From assembly GCA_963667665.2 (NCBI GenBank), contig OY763927.2, positions 160,001 through 224,000 on the forward strand: a stretch of DNA of 64,000 nucleotides. The letters are read 5' to 3'. Under the pieces are notes generated by a model. That model saw only the letters and a list, made by a program, of their open reading frames with translations, made no database searches and had not been told where the DNA came from. This stretch comes from Nitrosopumilus sp. Lineage in GTDB: Archaea; Thermoproteota; Nitrososphaeria; Nitrososphaerales; Nitrosopumilaceae. The position numbers and the translations under genes were made by a program. Shown piece by piece: positions 48,687 through 59,000 of the stretch (position 1 is its first letter; every line of letters starts with the position of its first letter).

Positions 48687-49789
48687 TTTTTTACTCCCAT
48701 CACTGCTGCATTAATTGCCTCTTCAACTGAATCATAAATCTTAGTTTTAGAACCTTGAAGCATCTCTTTTGCTTTTTCAGATTCCGTTCCCTTTAGTCTA
48801 GCAAATACTGGAATGTCAATTAGATTATTCTCATATGCTTGCAAAAATGCTTTAGCTACTACTGTTGTTTTTACAATTCCTCCATACAGATTAACTAGAA
48901 TTCCTTTAACTCCATTTAATTTGTTAATCAAAGTTAAAGCTTCATAAACTGATTCTGTAGTTGCACCACCACCTACATCTAAGAAACATGCAGGCTTTCC
49001 TCCATTATCTGATAACATATCAAGTGTAGACATTACAAGTCCTGCACCGTTTCCAACTACTGCAATGTCTCCATCTAATTCAACTAATGAGAATCCACTT
49101 TTTTCTGCTCTCTCTTCTATCTTTGATTTCTCTTGATATTTTTGTAATTCATCGTGTCTGAAATTACTATTGTCATCTGTAACAAATTTACCATCAAGTG
49201 CAATTATAGAATCATCTTGCATGATTGCAAGTGGATTAATTTCTACAAGCTCAGTCTCTTTTTCAATTGTAAGCTTTGATAATTTTTTCAAAGTATCAAT
49301 AAAACCATCTGCAGTTTTTCCATCTAATCCAATCTCTTTTGCAACATCACTTGCAATCTCATCTGAAACATCACCCATTCCAACTTCTTTAATGATTTGA
49401 GTTTTTATTGACTCAATTTCAACACCTCCTTCTGCTGATGCAATAATTGTATAGCATCTTTTAGAGCGGTTCAAAAATATTGAAAGGTATAATTCTTTTT
49501 TGATGTCTGCCATCTTTTCTAATAGAATTGCTCTTGCTTTTTCTCCCTTGATTGTCAAATCCATTACTTGAGGATACTTTAGCTCAAATTCATCATCATT
49601 ATGGCACATTTGGATACCTCCTGCCTTTCCTCTTCCACCTACTGGAACCTGGATTTTAATCACAAATGGGTATCCTAACTCTTTTGCATGCTTTCTTCCT
49701 TCCTCTATATTGGTAGATGATTTACTATCAAGAAGATTAATCCCATATTCTCGAAATAATTCCTTTGCTTGAAACTCTAATAATTGCAT
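48683..49789 (-). CDS. sucC: Succinyl-CoA synthetase beta subunit
   Basis: GGRGKAGG, EINPL, NGAGLVM, FLDVGGG. Confidence 0.96.
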   Translation of the reverse strand: MQLLEFQAKELFREYGINLLDSKSSTNIEEGRKHAKELGYPFVIKIQVPVGGRGKAGGIQMCHNDDEFELKYPQVMDLTIKGEKARAILLEKMADIKKELYLSIFLNRSKRCYTIIASAEGGVEIESIKTQIIKEVGMGDVSDEIASDVAKEIGLDGKTADGFIDTLKKLSKLTIEKETELVEINPLAIMQDDSIIALDGKFVTDDNSNFRHDELQKYQEKSKIEERAEKSGFSLVELDGDIAVVGNGAGLVMSTLDMLSDNGGKPACFLDVGGGATTESVYEALTLINKLNGVKGILVNLYGGIVKTTVVAKAFLQAYENNLIDIPVFARLKGTESEKAKEMLQGSKTKIYDSVEEAINAAVMGVKK

Positions 49790-49829
49790 GCAAAAATTCT
49801 GGATTTTACGATCCTTATTAATTATGATA

Positions 49830-50159
49830 TTATCTTAGTTGCTCCTCAAGAAAATCAATCATTTCTAAAAAGCGATCCTTGCTTTTTCTCAATAATTCTT
49901 GAGGATATTCTTTAATTGTAAATACAAATTGTTGATGAAAGCTTGGCACTAAAATTCCTCCTGATACAACCATTTGCTCAATTACATATCCTTTGGTAAG
50001 AGTACATACAATTTCTTCATATGATTCTTCTTCTTCTTCTAGGGTTTGTCTGTAAAGAACGATAGGCTTGTTTGTCTTTGCAACAATACTTGATCCCTTT
50101 TCTAATAAATCGGATAATTGTTGAATCTGCCACGCATCCAAACTAATCTGCTTTACCAT
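49830..50159 (-). CDS. Hypothetical protein
   Basis: 109 aa ORF. Confidence 0.7.
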   Translation of the reverse strand: MVKQISLDAWQIQQLSDLLEKGSSIVAKTNKPIVLYRQTLEEEEESYEEIVCTLTKGYVIEQMVVSGGILVPSFHQQFVFTIKEYPQELLRKSKDRFLEMIDFLEEQLR

Positions 50160-50269
50160 ATTCTTAATACGTGATTTTTATATTTAACCGTGATAAAACA
50201 ATGCATATTCACTATTTGTCATCAATAAAGTAACCTGAGAAATATAAAATAAAGAAAATGATTTGGCAT

Positions 50270-50857
50270 TTATGCCATATCTAGTGCTCGAGAGTGTCTT
50301 TTAGTATGTGGTCTTTCTCCAGCATACTTTCTTCGCATGTGCCCTGATGGTCTTCCATAGATTAACTCTAGGAACCATGACTCATGTTCAATTTCTTCTG
50401 CTAAGATATCTTTTGCAATGTCATATGTTGTAGGATCTTTTCCTAATGTCATCTGGCAAATTTTGTTCCAGTTGACTAGTGCACCTTGTTCTGCTTTGAG
50501 ACATTTTTGTAGGATTTCTTTATAATTAGTTGGATTTGCTGGAAGCTGTAAGAATTCACAACCTGACATTTTGATAAATTCAGTTGCATCATTTGGAAGA
50601 GTACCTCCTAATTGGTAGATTCTTTCAAGACATGATTCAAAGTGGCTAAGATCTTCTAATCTTGCATCCTCGATAATTCCTTTGAGTCCTTCTCCTTCCA
50701 TACCTGTGCAATGTGCTCTGAGATTGGTAAAGTAGTAGTATGCCGTAAATTCAACTGCAGCATTTTTGATTAACTCTTTTAACAACTCGTCAACATCAAG
50801 GCCATTTTGTTTTAGAACGTTAATTCCAACAACATTTGGGGTTTCTGATTTGGACAT
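50270..50857 (-). CDS. dps: DPS-like (ferritin superfamily) DNA protection protein
   Basis: EFTAYYY, ARLEDLSHFE, AEQGA, EEIEHE diiron ligands; GRPSGH tail. Confidence 0.88.
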   Translation of the reverse strand: MSKSETPNVVGINVLKQNGLDVDELLKELIKNAAVEFTAYYYFTNLRAHCTGMEGEGLKGIIEDARLEDLSHFESCLERIYQLGGTLPNDATEFIKMSGCEFLQLPANPTNYKEILQKCLKAEQGALVNWNKICQMTLGKDPTTYDIAKDILAEEIEHESWFLELIYGRPSGHMRRKYAGERPHTKRHSRALDMA

Positions 50858-50909
50858 TTCCTTATGAAATTTATGATTCTAATAAAAGTATTACATTAAT
50901 TCTTAAAAT

Positions 50910-53900
50910 CTATTCTACAGATATTCTTATTTTTTGTCCATCAATATCATCATCTTTGTATTCCTTGCATGATTCTGTAAAATTTACTTGCTTTACTCTA
51001 ACCAAAAATGCCAGTTCATCTGCTCTCTCTTTTACCATTTCAAGTGATTCATCATCCAAATCAAGAATTGATGCAACACCTAAAACATCAGTTGGCGTGT
51101 ATCCTCTTTCTTTTCTTAGAGTTTGGAGTCGTCTTGCAACATCTTTTACTAATCCTTTTGCCATCATTTCTCTATTTCGTGATGTTGAGATAAATACGAT
51201 ATAGTTGTCTCTTTTTGATACTGCAAAGTTTTCATTTGCATCAAAATCTATAACAAAATCTTCATTATCTAATGATATAATTTCTCCACCAATATCAAAA
51301 TCATATTTTCCATCTTTTTGCAATGATGAAATAATCTCTTCTGGATTTGTTTCTGTAAATGCGGCAACTAGTTTCCCCATGTGTTGTCTTGCCTTGGGTC
51401 CAATTTTCTTTCTTTCTAATTCGATAATTGCTTTAACAGGTAATCCTAATTGTTTTAATTCTAAAATTTGCTCTAGTCCTGATTCTTTTTCTGTTTCAAC
51501 AATACTAAATTTTTCTATGTTTAACTGGGACTGTAATAATTCAGATAATGATTCGAGTTTAGTTTTCTGATCTTTTCTTACACAAATTTGTGCTTCATTT
51601 AATGGCCATCTTCGTTTTAGTTTTCCTTTCATTCTGGCAGCTGATGATACAGAGACAACGTCTTTCATTATATCAAATGATTCCTCAATTTTTTCATTGA
51701 CTAGTGATTCTTGATATTGAGGCCATTTGTCAAGTAGAATACTTTGCTTTTCATCAAATACTGTTTGGTATAGGTATTCACTAGTAAATGGACAAAACGG
51801 ATGAATCAAAATATCTAGTGTTTTAAGCACTTTACTTAGTACTGCATAAATTGCAAGTCTTCGGTTTTTCTTTTCCTCACCTTCATCCCATAATTCCCTC
51901 CTGGTAATTGGAATGTATACTTGACTTAGATTATTTATGATAAATTCATCAATTGCTTTTGCACCTTCATGGAACTTACATGTTTGAATTTTTCCAGTAA
52001 TTTCTTGAATCAATTTTTGTAGTTTTGATAGTAGCCAAATATCTGGAGATGTTAACAGATCATTTTGTTTTGCCCATTCAATTGTTTTTGATTGTTCAAA
52101 ATTGTCGTATTCACTATTTTGCTTAAAGTATAGGTGTAGATTGAATAGTGTGTTAATCACCTGATATGGTCTTGACATTAACTCATCAGTGCTGAAGCTT
52201 AGTGGCTCAATTGGGCTTGCCTTCCACATGAAATAGAACCGTATCAAATCTACTGGATATTTTTGCAGCAATTCTGCTCCATCTAAAACATTTCCTTTGC
52301 TTTTACTCATCTTGCCTCCTTTTTCATCAAGTACATGTCCTTGAAACAAAAATGACTTGAATGGAGGAGTTGGAGAATTATTTAAAATAACATTTTCAAT
52401 AAGTAGTGTGTATGCCCATCCTCTAGTTTGATCAATTCCTTCAGTGAAAAATGGTGCAGGAATTTCTTTTGAATATTCTTCATCACTTAATGATGAATAT
52501 GGTGCAGAACCACTATTGTGCCATGTATCTAAAACATATTCTTCTCTCTTTGTTTTAGTACTGTTGCATTTTTTGCACTTTACAGAAATATTGTCAATCC
52601 ACGGTCTGTGTAATTCAAAATCTTCTCCATCAGGCAAATTATCTGCTGCATCAACAATTTCTTTTCTTGTAAAGAACCAATTTTTTTCACCACAATCCTC
52701 ACAATTCCAAACAGGTAATGGACAACCCCAAATTCTTTCTCGTGAAATACACCAAGGGTGTCTTTCTTTTATGATTCCCAAAAATCTATTTTTTGGTTGC
52801 TCAAAAAAGTATTCTACACTTTCTGCAGCCTCAATTGCTTTGTTTTCAAGGCGGTCTAGCTTGTAAAACCAACCTCTTCTGGCAAGCCATACAATTGGAT
52901 GGTGTGATCTCCAGCATAATGGATACTTGTGTTTTATTTTACCAATTTTTACTAGAGCATTACACTCTTTTAGATCTTCTACAATTATTCTGTCAGCATC
53001 TCTGACAAACATTCCTGTGTATTTGCCTGCTTGGGTAGTGAACTTTACTTCATCATCAATGGGGCTGAAAATTTTGACTTTTCTTTTATTTGCTATTTTG
53101 ATATCTTCCTCTCCGTTTGCAGGAGACAAGTGTACCAGTCCACTTCCTGCAGTAACATCAACAAATGATTCAGCTACTGCAACATGATAATTATCTGACT
53201 TTGCGTATTCACTTAACTCTGGAACTAAATTCAACAATGGATGGATGTATTTTTTTCCTTCAAATTCTGAACCCTTTACAGTTTTTTCAATTTTATAATC
53301 CTCAATTTTCACATCTACCATGAATTCTTCTAGTCTGGTCTTTCCAACAACCCATGTCTCGTTCTCTACTTTGACATAATGATAATCTTCTTTTGGTTGT
53401 AAACCGACCATTGCATCTGTAATTAGTGTAAATGGCATGGTAGTCCATACAATCAAAAATGCATCTTCATCAACTAGTTTTACTTTGTAGTATAGTGACG
53501 GATCTTTAACTTCTTCATATCCTTGATTTACTTCTGCATGACTCAGTGATGTCTGACAACTTGGACAATATGCAATTACTGTAAAGTCTTCTTCTAGAAT
53601 TCCATTCTCATATGCTTTTTTTAGAACTTGCCATTCTCTTTCAATAAATTCATCTCTAAAAGTCCAATATGCTTTGTCATGATTAAATGACATACCAAGT
53701 AAATCATCAACTTGTATCCATGCCTTGTTGTATTTTTCTACAACTTTTTTGCATTCCGATACAATTCTCTCAATTCCAAATTGTTTAATTAATTCTGTCT
53801 TTCCACCAGTAACTCCTAATTCTTTTTCAACTTGTAATTCAACTGGAAGTCCTTGTGTATCCCATCCTCCATTGAACTCAATTTTTTTTCCTTGTAATGT

Positions 53901-54107
53901 ATTGAATCGATACCACAAATCTTTGATGACTCTGCCCCTTAGATGTCCTGCATGTGGGATACCATTCATAGTTGGTGGCCCTTCAATGAATCTAATTTTA
54001 TCCGGTTTGTCAGATGCAAAAATTTGTTTTTCTAAATCAATTGATTTGATGTATTTTCTTACTTGGAATTCTATTGCTTTTGCATCAAACTTTGTAGAAA
54101 GTTCCAT
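50910..54107 (-). CDS. ileS: Isoleucine--tRNA ligase
   Basis: EGPP..NG.PHAGH, WTTMPFTL, WCISRER.WG, EGIDQTRGW, KMSKS. Confidence 0.96.
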   Translation of the reverse strand: MELSTKFDAKAIEFQVRKYIKSIDLEKQIFASDKPDKIRFIEGPPTMNGIPHAGHLRGRVIKDLWYRFNTLQGKKIEFNGGWDTQGLPVELQVEKELGVTGGKTELIKQFGIERIVSECKKVVEKYNKAWIQVDDLLGMSFNHDKAYWTFRDEFIEREWQVLKKAYENGILEEDFTVIAYCPSCQTSLSHAEVNQGYEEVKDPSLYYKVKLVDEDAFLIVWTTMPFTLITDAMVGLQPKEDYHYVKVENETWVVGKTRLEEFMVDVKIEDYKIEKTVKGSEFEGKKYIHPLLNLVPELSEYAKSDNYHVAVAESFVDVTAGSGLVHLSPANGEEDIKIANKRKVKIFSPIDDEVKFTTQAGKYTGMFVRDADRIIVEDLKECNALVKIGKIKHKYPLCWRSHHPIVWLARRGWFYKLDRLENKAIEAAESVEYFFEQPKNRFLGIIKERHPWCISRERIWGCPLPVWNCEDCGEKNWFFTRKEIVDAADNLPDGEDFELHRPWIDNISVKCKKCNSTKTKREEYVLDTWHNSGSAPYSSLSDEEYSKEIPAPFFTEGIDQTRGWAYTLLIENVILNNSPTPPFKSFLFQGHVLDEKGGKMSKSKGNVLDGAELLQKYPVDLIRFYFMWKASPIEPLSFSTDELMSRPYQVINTLFNLHLYFKQNSEYDNFEQSKTIEWAKQNDLLTSPDIWLLSKLQKLIQEITGKIQTCKFHEGAKAIDEFIINNLSQVYIPITRRELWDEGEEKKNRRLAIYAVLSKVLKTLDILIHPFCPFTSEYLYQTVFDEKQSILLDKWPQYQESLVNEKIEESFDIMKDVVSVSSAARMKGKLKRRWPLNEAQICVRKDQKTKLESLSELLQSQLNIEKFSIVETEKESGLEQILELKQLGLPVKAIIELERKKIGPKARQHMGKLVAAFTETNPEEIISSLQKDGKYDFDIGGEIISLDNEDFVIDFDANENFAVSKRDNYIVFISTSRNREMMAKGLVKDVARRLQTLRKERGYTPTDVLGVASILDLDDESLEMVKERADELAFLVRVKQVNFTESCKEYKDDDIDGQKIRISVE

Positions 54108-54190
54108 CTGGATTTTGATATGTAGGTGACATTATAAAGCTAAATTGCTTTTTCAAGACTTGGAATATATAATTGAGTGAAAGATAATTT

Positions 54191-55456
54191 TTGTTGGTAA
54201 ATGTTCTAGTAGTTGGTTCTGGTGGGCGAGAACATGCATTATCATGGAAACTATCTCAAAGCCCTAATGTTGATACTGTATATACTGCTCCTGGAAATGG
54301 TGGCACTGAAAATAATGTTCCCATAAATGTGGATGATTTAGATGGATTATCTGATTTTGCTAAAAAAAATAATTGCTTTACAGTAATAGGACCAGAAGCC
54401 CCATTGGCTGCAGGAATTGTTGATAAATTTAATCAATGTAATCTCAAAGTTTTTGGTCCTTCAAAACTTGCAGCACAACTTGAATCAAGTAAGATTTGGG
54501 CAAAGAATTTCATGAAACGCAATGATATCCCTTCAGCACGATTTGAAATATTTGATGATGCTCAAAAGGCTCAAGATTATGTCCAATCCCTTGATTACAA
54601 TGTTGTAGTAAAAGCTGATGGACTTGCTGCAGGAAAGGGGGTTATTGTTTGTAATAGTAATGCAGAGGCATTTTCTGCAATCCAAATAATTCTAGTTAAA
54701 AAAACATTTGGTGATGCTGGAAATCGTATCATCATTGAAGAGCGAATAGATGGAATTGAAGCTTCATACATTGCACTTTCTGATGGTGAGATTGCTATTC
54801 CTATGGCAACCAGTCAAGATCATAAGAGGATTTTTGATAATGATCAAGGTCCTAATACAGGCGGTATGGGTGCGTATTCTCCAACCCCAATTGTTGATGA
54901 TGTCCTAGCAAAAAAAATACAAGAAAAAATTATTGATAAAACAATTCAAGCAATGAAAAATGAAAATATTTCTTTTAAGGGATTTCTGTATGCTGGAATA
55001 ATGATCAAAAATAATGAACCGTATGTTTTAGAATACAATGTACGTATGGGGGATCCTGAATGTCAACCAATTACAATGAGAATGGATTTTGATTTGTATG
55101 ATTATTTTGTTGCATGCGCTGATGGAAAATTATCATCAATGCCTTTACCCTCTTGGAAGAATCAATCTGCAGTATGTATTGTATTAGCATCAGAGGGATA
55201 TCCAGAATCATATTCCAAAAATGAAGAAATCTCAGGATTTGATTCTGTTTCTGATGAAGCCTATGTTTTTCATGCTGGAACAAAAAAACTAGATGGAAAA
55301 ATTGTCTCAAATGGTGGGCGTGTTTTGGGAGTTACTGCATTAGGCGATTCTCTAGAATCTGCAATTACTAATGCTTATGCAGCAGCTGAGAAAATTTCAT
55401 GGTCTCACAAATATTGTAGAAAAGATATCGGTAAGAAAGGTATAACTTATCTCTGA
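54191..55456 (+). CDS. purD: Phosphoribosylamine--glycine ligase
   Basis: GSGGREH, KADGLAAGKGV, QDHKR, GPNTGGMG, GGRV. Confidence 0.97.
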   Translation: MLVNVLVVGSGGREHALSWKLSQSPNVDTVYTAPGNGGTENNVPINVDDLDGLSDFAKKNNCFTVIGPEAPLAAGIVDKFNQCNLKVFGPSKLAAQLESSKIWAKNFMKRNDIPSARFEIFDDAQKAQDYVQSLDYNVVVKADGLAAGKGVIVCNSNAEAFSAIQIILVKKTFGDAGNRIIIEERIDGIEASYIALSDGEIAIPMATSQDHKRIFDNDQGPNTGGMGAYSPTPIVDDVLAKKIQEKIIDKTIQAMKNENISFKGFLYAGIMIKNNEPYVLEYNVRMGDPECQPITMRMDFDLYDYFVACADGKLSSMPLPSWKNQSAVCIVLASEGYPESYSKNEEISGFDSVSDEAYVFHAGTKKLDGKIVSNGGRVLGVTALGDSLESAITNAYAAAEKISWSHKYCRKDIGKKGITYL

Positions 55457-56010
55457 GTTTCTAAAATTCTATCTTCAGTAATTACCCAATCAATTATAAT
55501 ATCATGTTCTGATTTTGGGATTTTTTTTACAATTTGTTTTTCAAAAGTTAAAGATATTGTTACAGACTTGTGTTTTGCTAGAAATCTATCATAAAACCCA
55601 TGACCATATCCTAATCTAACTCCAATTGGTGATATGCCTACAGTTGGAACTAAAACTACATCAAGATCATTATCTATTTCACAGTCTTCTTTAGGTTCCA
55701 TGATATCAAAACTGCCTTTTTCTAGGCTTGAAAAATCAATTATTTTTCTAAATTCCATTTCTTTTTCAATCACTTTAGGCAAAAACACCTCTTTTCCATT
55801 ACTGAGAAGTTCTTGAATAATGTCTTGTGTTAAAATTTCACTTCCAATCGGATAATACACTCCAATCTTTTGAGCAACTCTGTATGAATTAATTTTCTTT
55901 ATTCTCTTTTGAATTTTTCCACTTGCAATCTTCATAAAATCAAAAGATGTGTTGTCTCTTTTTTCTAAAAGAAAACTTCGAAGTGATTTTCTTTCAGGAC
56001 TATCTTCCAA
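55447..56010 (-). CDS. 5-formyltetrahydrofolate cyclo-ligase
   Basis: DVVLVP...RLGYGHGFYDRFL, HD..ID..ITE. Confidence 0.93.
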   Translation of the reverse strand: MEDSPERKSLRSFLLEKRDNTSFDFMKIASGKIQKRIKKINSYRVAQKIGVYYPIGSEILTQDIIQELLSNGKEVFLPKVIEKEMEFRKIIDFSSLEKGSFDIMEPKEDCEIDNDLDVVLVPTVGISPIGVRLGYGHGFYDRFLAKHKSVTISLTFEKQIVKKIPKSEHDIIIDWVITEDRILETQR

Positions 56011-56863
56011 TTTGAGTACTCAAAGATGCTGCAGTAATTGTATTTTTTAATAGCATAGCAACTGTCATAGGGCCAACTCCTCCTGGAACTGGTGTTGCAA
56101 AAGATGCTTTTTGGATAATTTTCTCATAGTCTGAATCTCCAACTAGTTTTTCTTGTAATTTTGAAATTGCAACATCAATTACAACTGCACCCTCTTTAAT
56201 CATCTCTGGTGTTAGGGTGAACTTTGTTCTATCACCAACTGCAGTAATAATAATATCTGCAGCTTGACATAACTCAGTTAGATTTTTAGTTTTAGAATGA
56301 CATGTCACTACTGTTGCATTTTTTTCTAATAATAAATGATATAGTGGTTTCCCAACAAGATTACTTCTGTTAATTAATACAACATTTTTTCCATGCAAAT
56401 CAATTTCATGATAATCAAACATCTCCATTATTCCTAATGGTGTACATGCAACTAGTGCTGCTTTTTTCATTACAAGTAATCCTGCATTATGCGGAGTTAG
56501 TCCATCAACATCTTTTAGCGGTGATATTCTTGATGTTGTAGCAAATTCATCTAGTTGTTCAGGCAATGGAAGCTGAACTAGAATTCCATGAACTAAACTA
56601 TCTTTGTTTAAATTTTCAATAATCTCATCAAGTTGTGTTTGTGAAATATTTGCATCAAGTTTATGATCTTTTGTGATAATTCCTGTCTCGTTGCATGCAG
56701 AATGCTTGTTTTTAACATATGTAGCTGATGCTGGATTGTCTCCTACTAGAATTGTAGCTAAGCACGGATTGACTCCTTGAGATTTTAACACATTAACTGC
56801 TTTTTTGACTCTATCCTTGACTGATTGGGCAATAACTATTCCATCAATCTTGATACCTGGCAT
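56000..56863 (-). CDS. folD: Methylene-THF dehydrogenase/cyclohydrolase
   Basis: YVKNK, LVQLPLP, KDVDG, CTPLG, RSNLVGKP, TPVPGGVGPMT. Confidence 0.96.
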   Translation of the reverse strand: MPGIKIDGIVIAQSVKDRVKKAVNVLKSQGVNPCLATILVGDNPASATYVKNKHSACNETGIITKDHKLDANISQTQLDEIIENLNKDSLVHGILVQLPLPEQLDEFATTSRISPLKDVDGLTPHNAGLLVMKKAALVACTPLGIMEMFDYHEIDLHGKNVVLINRSNLVGKPLYHLLLEKNATVVTCHSKTKNLTELCQAADIIITAVGDRTKFTLTPEMIKEGAVVIDVAISKLQEKLVGDSDYEKIIQKASFATPVPGGVGPMTVAMLLKNTITAASLSTQIGR

Positions 56864-56894
56864 ATTCTGCTTTTGATTAGTAGATATTTAATAC

Positions 56895-57239
56895 TTGAAT
56901 TTCACTGGTTGTACACTAATGAAACTTGATTTTGATGTAAACAATTCAATCAAAAAAATAAAAAAAAGTAGTACGTATTTTCACACCTTTATCAACAAGT
57001 CCAGTTTAGCTGTTGGAGTTTTGGTTTTAAAACCTGGAGAAGAAGATACACAAGTTCCTCATGATAGTGATGAGGTATATTATGTAATTTCTGGTGATGG
57101 TTTTTTGAAAATTAAAGAAAAAGATTACAAAGTTTCAAAAGATAAAGTATTCTTTGTAGCAAAAGATGTTAAGCATTATTTTCACGGAAATAAAAAAGAA
57201 CTCAAAGTTTTGTATTTTTTTGGTGGACCAGACACTTAA
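56895..57239 (+). CDS. Cupin domain protein
   Basis: PH.SDEVYYVISGDG...H.F; start probably at MKLDF. Confidence 0.85.
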   Translation: MNFTGCTLMKLDFDVNNSIKKIKKSSTYFHTFINKSSLAVGVLVLKPGEEDTQVPHDSDEVYYVISGDGFLKIKEKDYKVSKDKVFFVAKDVKHYFHGNKKELKVLYFFGGPDT

Positions 57240-57853
57240 CTGATAATTGTTTTTCTTCCAGAAACTCTGATCTTTTTTCTTGCAAACAAATTAATTGCCT
57301 CAGGATAAATTCTATGTTCTTCTTTTAGAATTCTTTTTGATAATGATTCATTTGTATCATTTTCTTTTACTTTGACTATTGCCTGAATAATTATGGAACC
57401 TGTATCCATTCCTAAATCAACAAAATGTACTGTACATCCTGAAAATTTTACACCATGCTCTAATGCTTGTTTTTGAGAATCTAATCCTGGAAATGCAGGT
57501 AATAATGATGGATGGATATTGATCATTCTGTTTTTGTATTTTTTTACAAATTGTGGACTGATGATTCTCATAAATCCTGCAAGACAAACAAGGCCATTTT
57601 TAGGGGTAACTCCATGTTTTATCAAAGATGTCATAACTTTTTTGTCATATTGCACTCTGCTTCCTTTGAAGCCCTTGCTTTCAATGACTTCTATGTTGAT
57701 TCCTAACTTTTTTGCTATTTTCAGACCCTTTGCATTATGCTTGTTTGAAATCACTATTGCAGGATTAATTGGAATTTTTTTTTTCTTAATTGATTTTAGA
57801 ATAGACTCCATGTTGCTCCCACGACCTGAGATTAGAATTCCTAGATTTAGCAA
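57236..57853 (-). CDS. purN: Phosphoribosylglycinamide formyltransferase
   Basis: SGRGSN, LAGFMRI, NIHPSLLP, GCTVHFV..DTG. Confidence 0.96.
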   Translation of the reverse strand: MLNLGILISGRGSNMESILKSIKKKKIPINPAIVISNKHNAKGLKIAKKLGINIEVIESKGFKGSRVQYDKKVMTSLIKHGVTPKNGLVCLAGFMRIISPQFVKKYKNRMINIHPSLLPAFPGLDSQKQALEHGVKFSGCTVHFVDLGMDTGSIIIQAIVKVKENDTNESLSKRILKEEHRIYPEAINLFARKKIRVSGRKTIIS

Positions 57854-57920
57854 CTAGTCAATAGTAGATCAAACCTGCAATTAATGTGTGTGTATCGTAG
57901 ATTAATTACTACTATGCTGT

Positions 57921-59000
57921 AGACCAGTTGCGCAATTGATACAATTTGATCACAATCTCAATATTTACTCACAACAAGATCCAAAGCTAAGAAATAATCA
58001 TTCTCAAAATATGTTCAATCACATAAAACTAGCAAAAAAACCAAAACAATTCTTATCCATTACAGGACTAACTGTTACACAGTTTGATTCTCTATCCAAA
58101 GAAATACAAAAACATTACAAAATCACAGAAGCAAAACGTCTGTCAAAAAATAGAGAACGAAAAATCGGCGCAGGACACAAGTTTGATCATCCTCTCAAAG
58201 ATAGAATCATAATGCTGCTAATGTACTACAGAATGTACACAACATATGATTTGTTAGGTATGATATTTGATCTGGATAAATCAAATGTAATGCGAGACAT
58301 CAAATATTTGGAGCATGCAGTAAAGAAATCCATTCCAATTCCTACCAAAAAATATGCAGATTCAAAAAAGCTCAAGAATTTAGATGACATACAACAGTTC
58401 TTCCCTGAATTAATTGCAATTACTGATGGCACAGAGCAACTAATCCCAAGACCCAAAAATAGAATCAAAAGAAAGACACACTATTCAGGAAAAAAGAAAG
58501 ACACACACTATACAAAACCAAATTACGATTAATCTAAATGGTGAAATAATTCACAAATCTACACATTGTCCTGGGAGTCATCATGATTATAAAATATACA
58601 AATCAAAACATCCAACATTACCTGAAGAGTTGATGGTATTTTATGACCTTGGTTATTTAGGGGTAGAAAGAGATCTTCCAAAACAAATCAGCATTTTACC
58701 TTACAAGAAAAAGAGAGGAAAAAAGTTAACTGATTCTCAGAAAGAATGGAATAAAGCTCAGTCTAAGATTAGAATTAAAGTAGAGCACATCATTGCACAA
58801 ATCAAGGGATTCAGAATCAATTCAGACACGTTTAGGAATAGATTGTGCAGGTATGACACAATTAGTGAGATTGTTTGTGGGTTGATCAATTTCAAGATAC
58901 GATGGAAAGAAAAGTTTGTTGTGATTCCATGACAACATGAATCAATCAAATCTGAATTGAATCAAAGAACCGATTTTGTTAGTAATTGCGCAACTCATCT
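57921..59000 (+). mobile_element. IS5-family (ISL2-like) element with frameshifted transposase
   Basis: TIRs AGACCAGTTGCGCAATT / AGATGAGTTGCGCAATT; TGT on both flanks (candidate 3-bp TSD); DGTE, YSGKKK, DLGY.G, RIKVEH motifs; +1 frame break near 58500. Confidence 0.87.
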
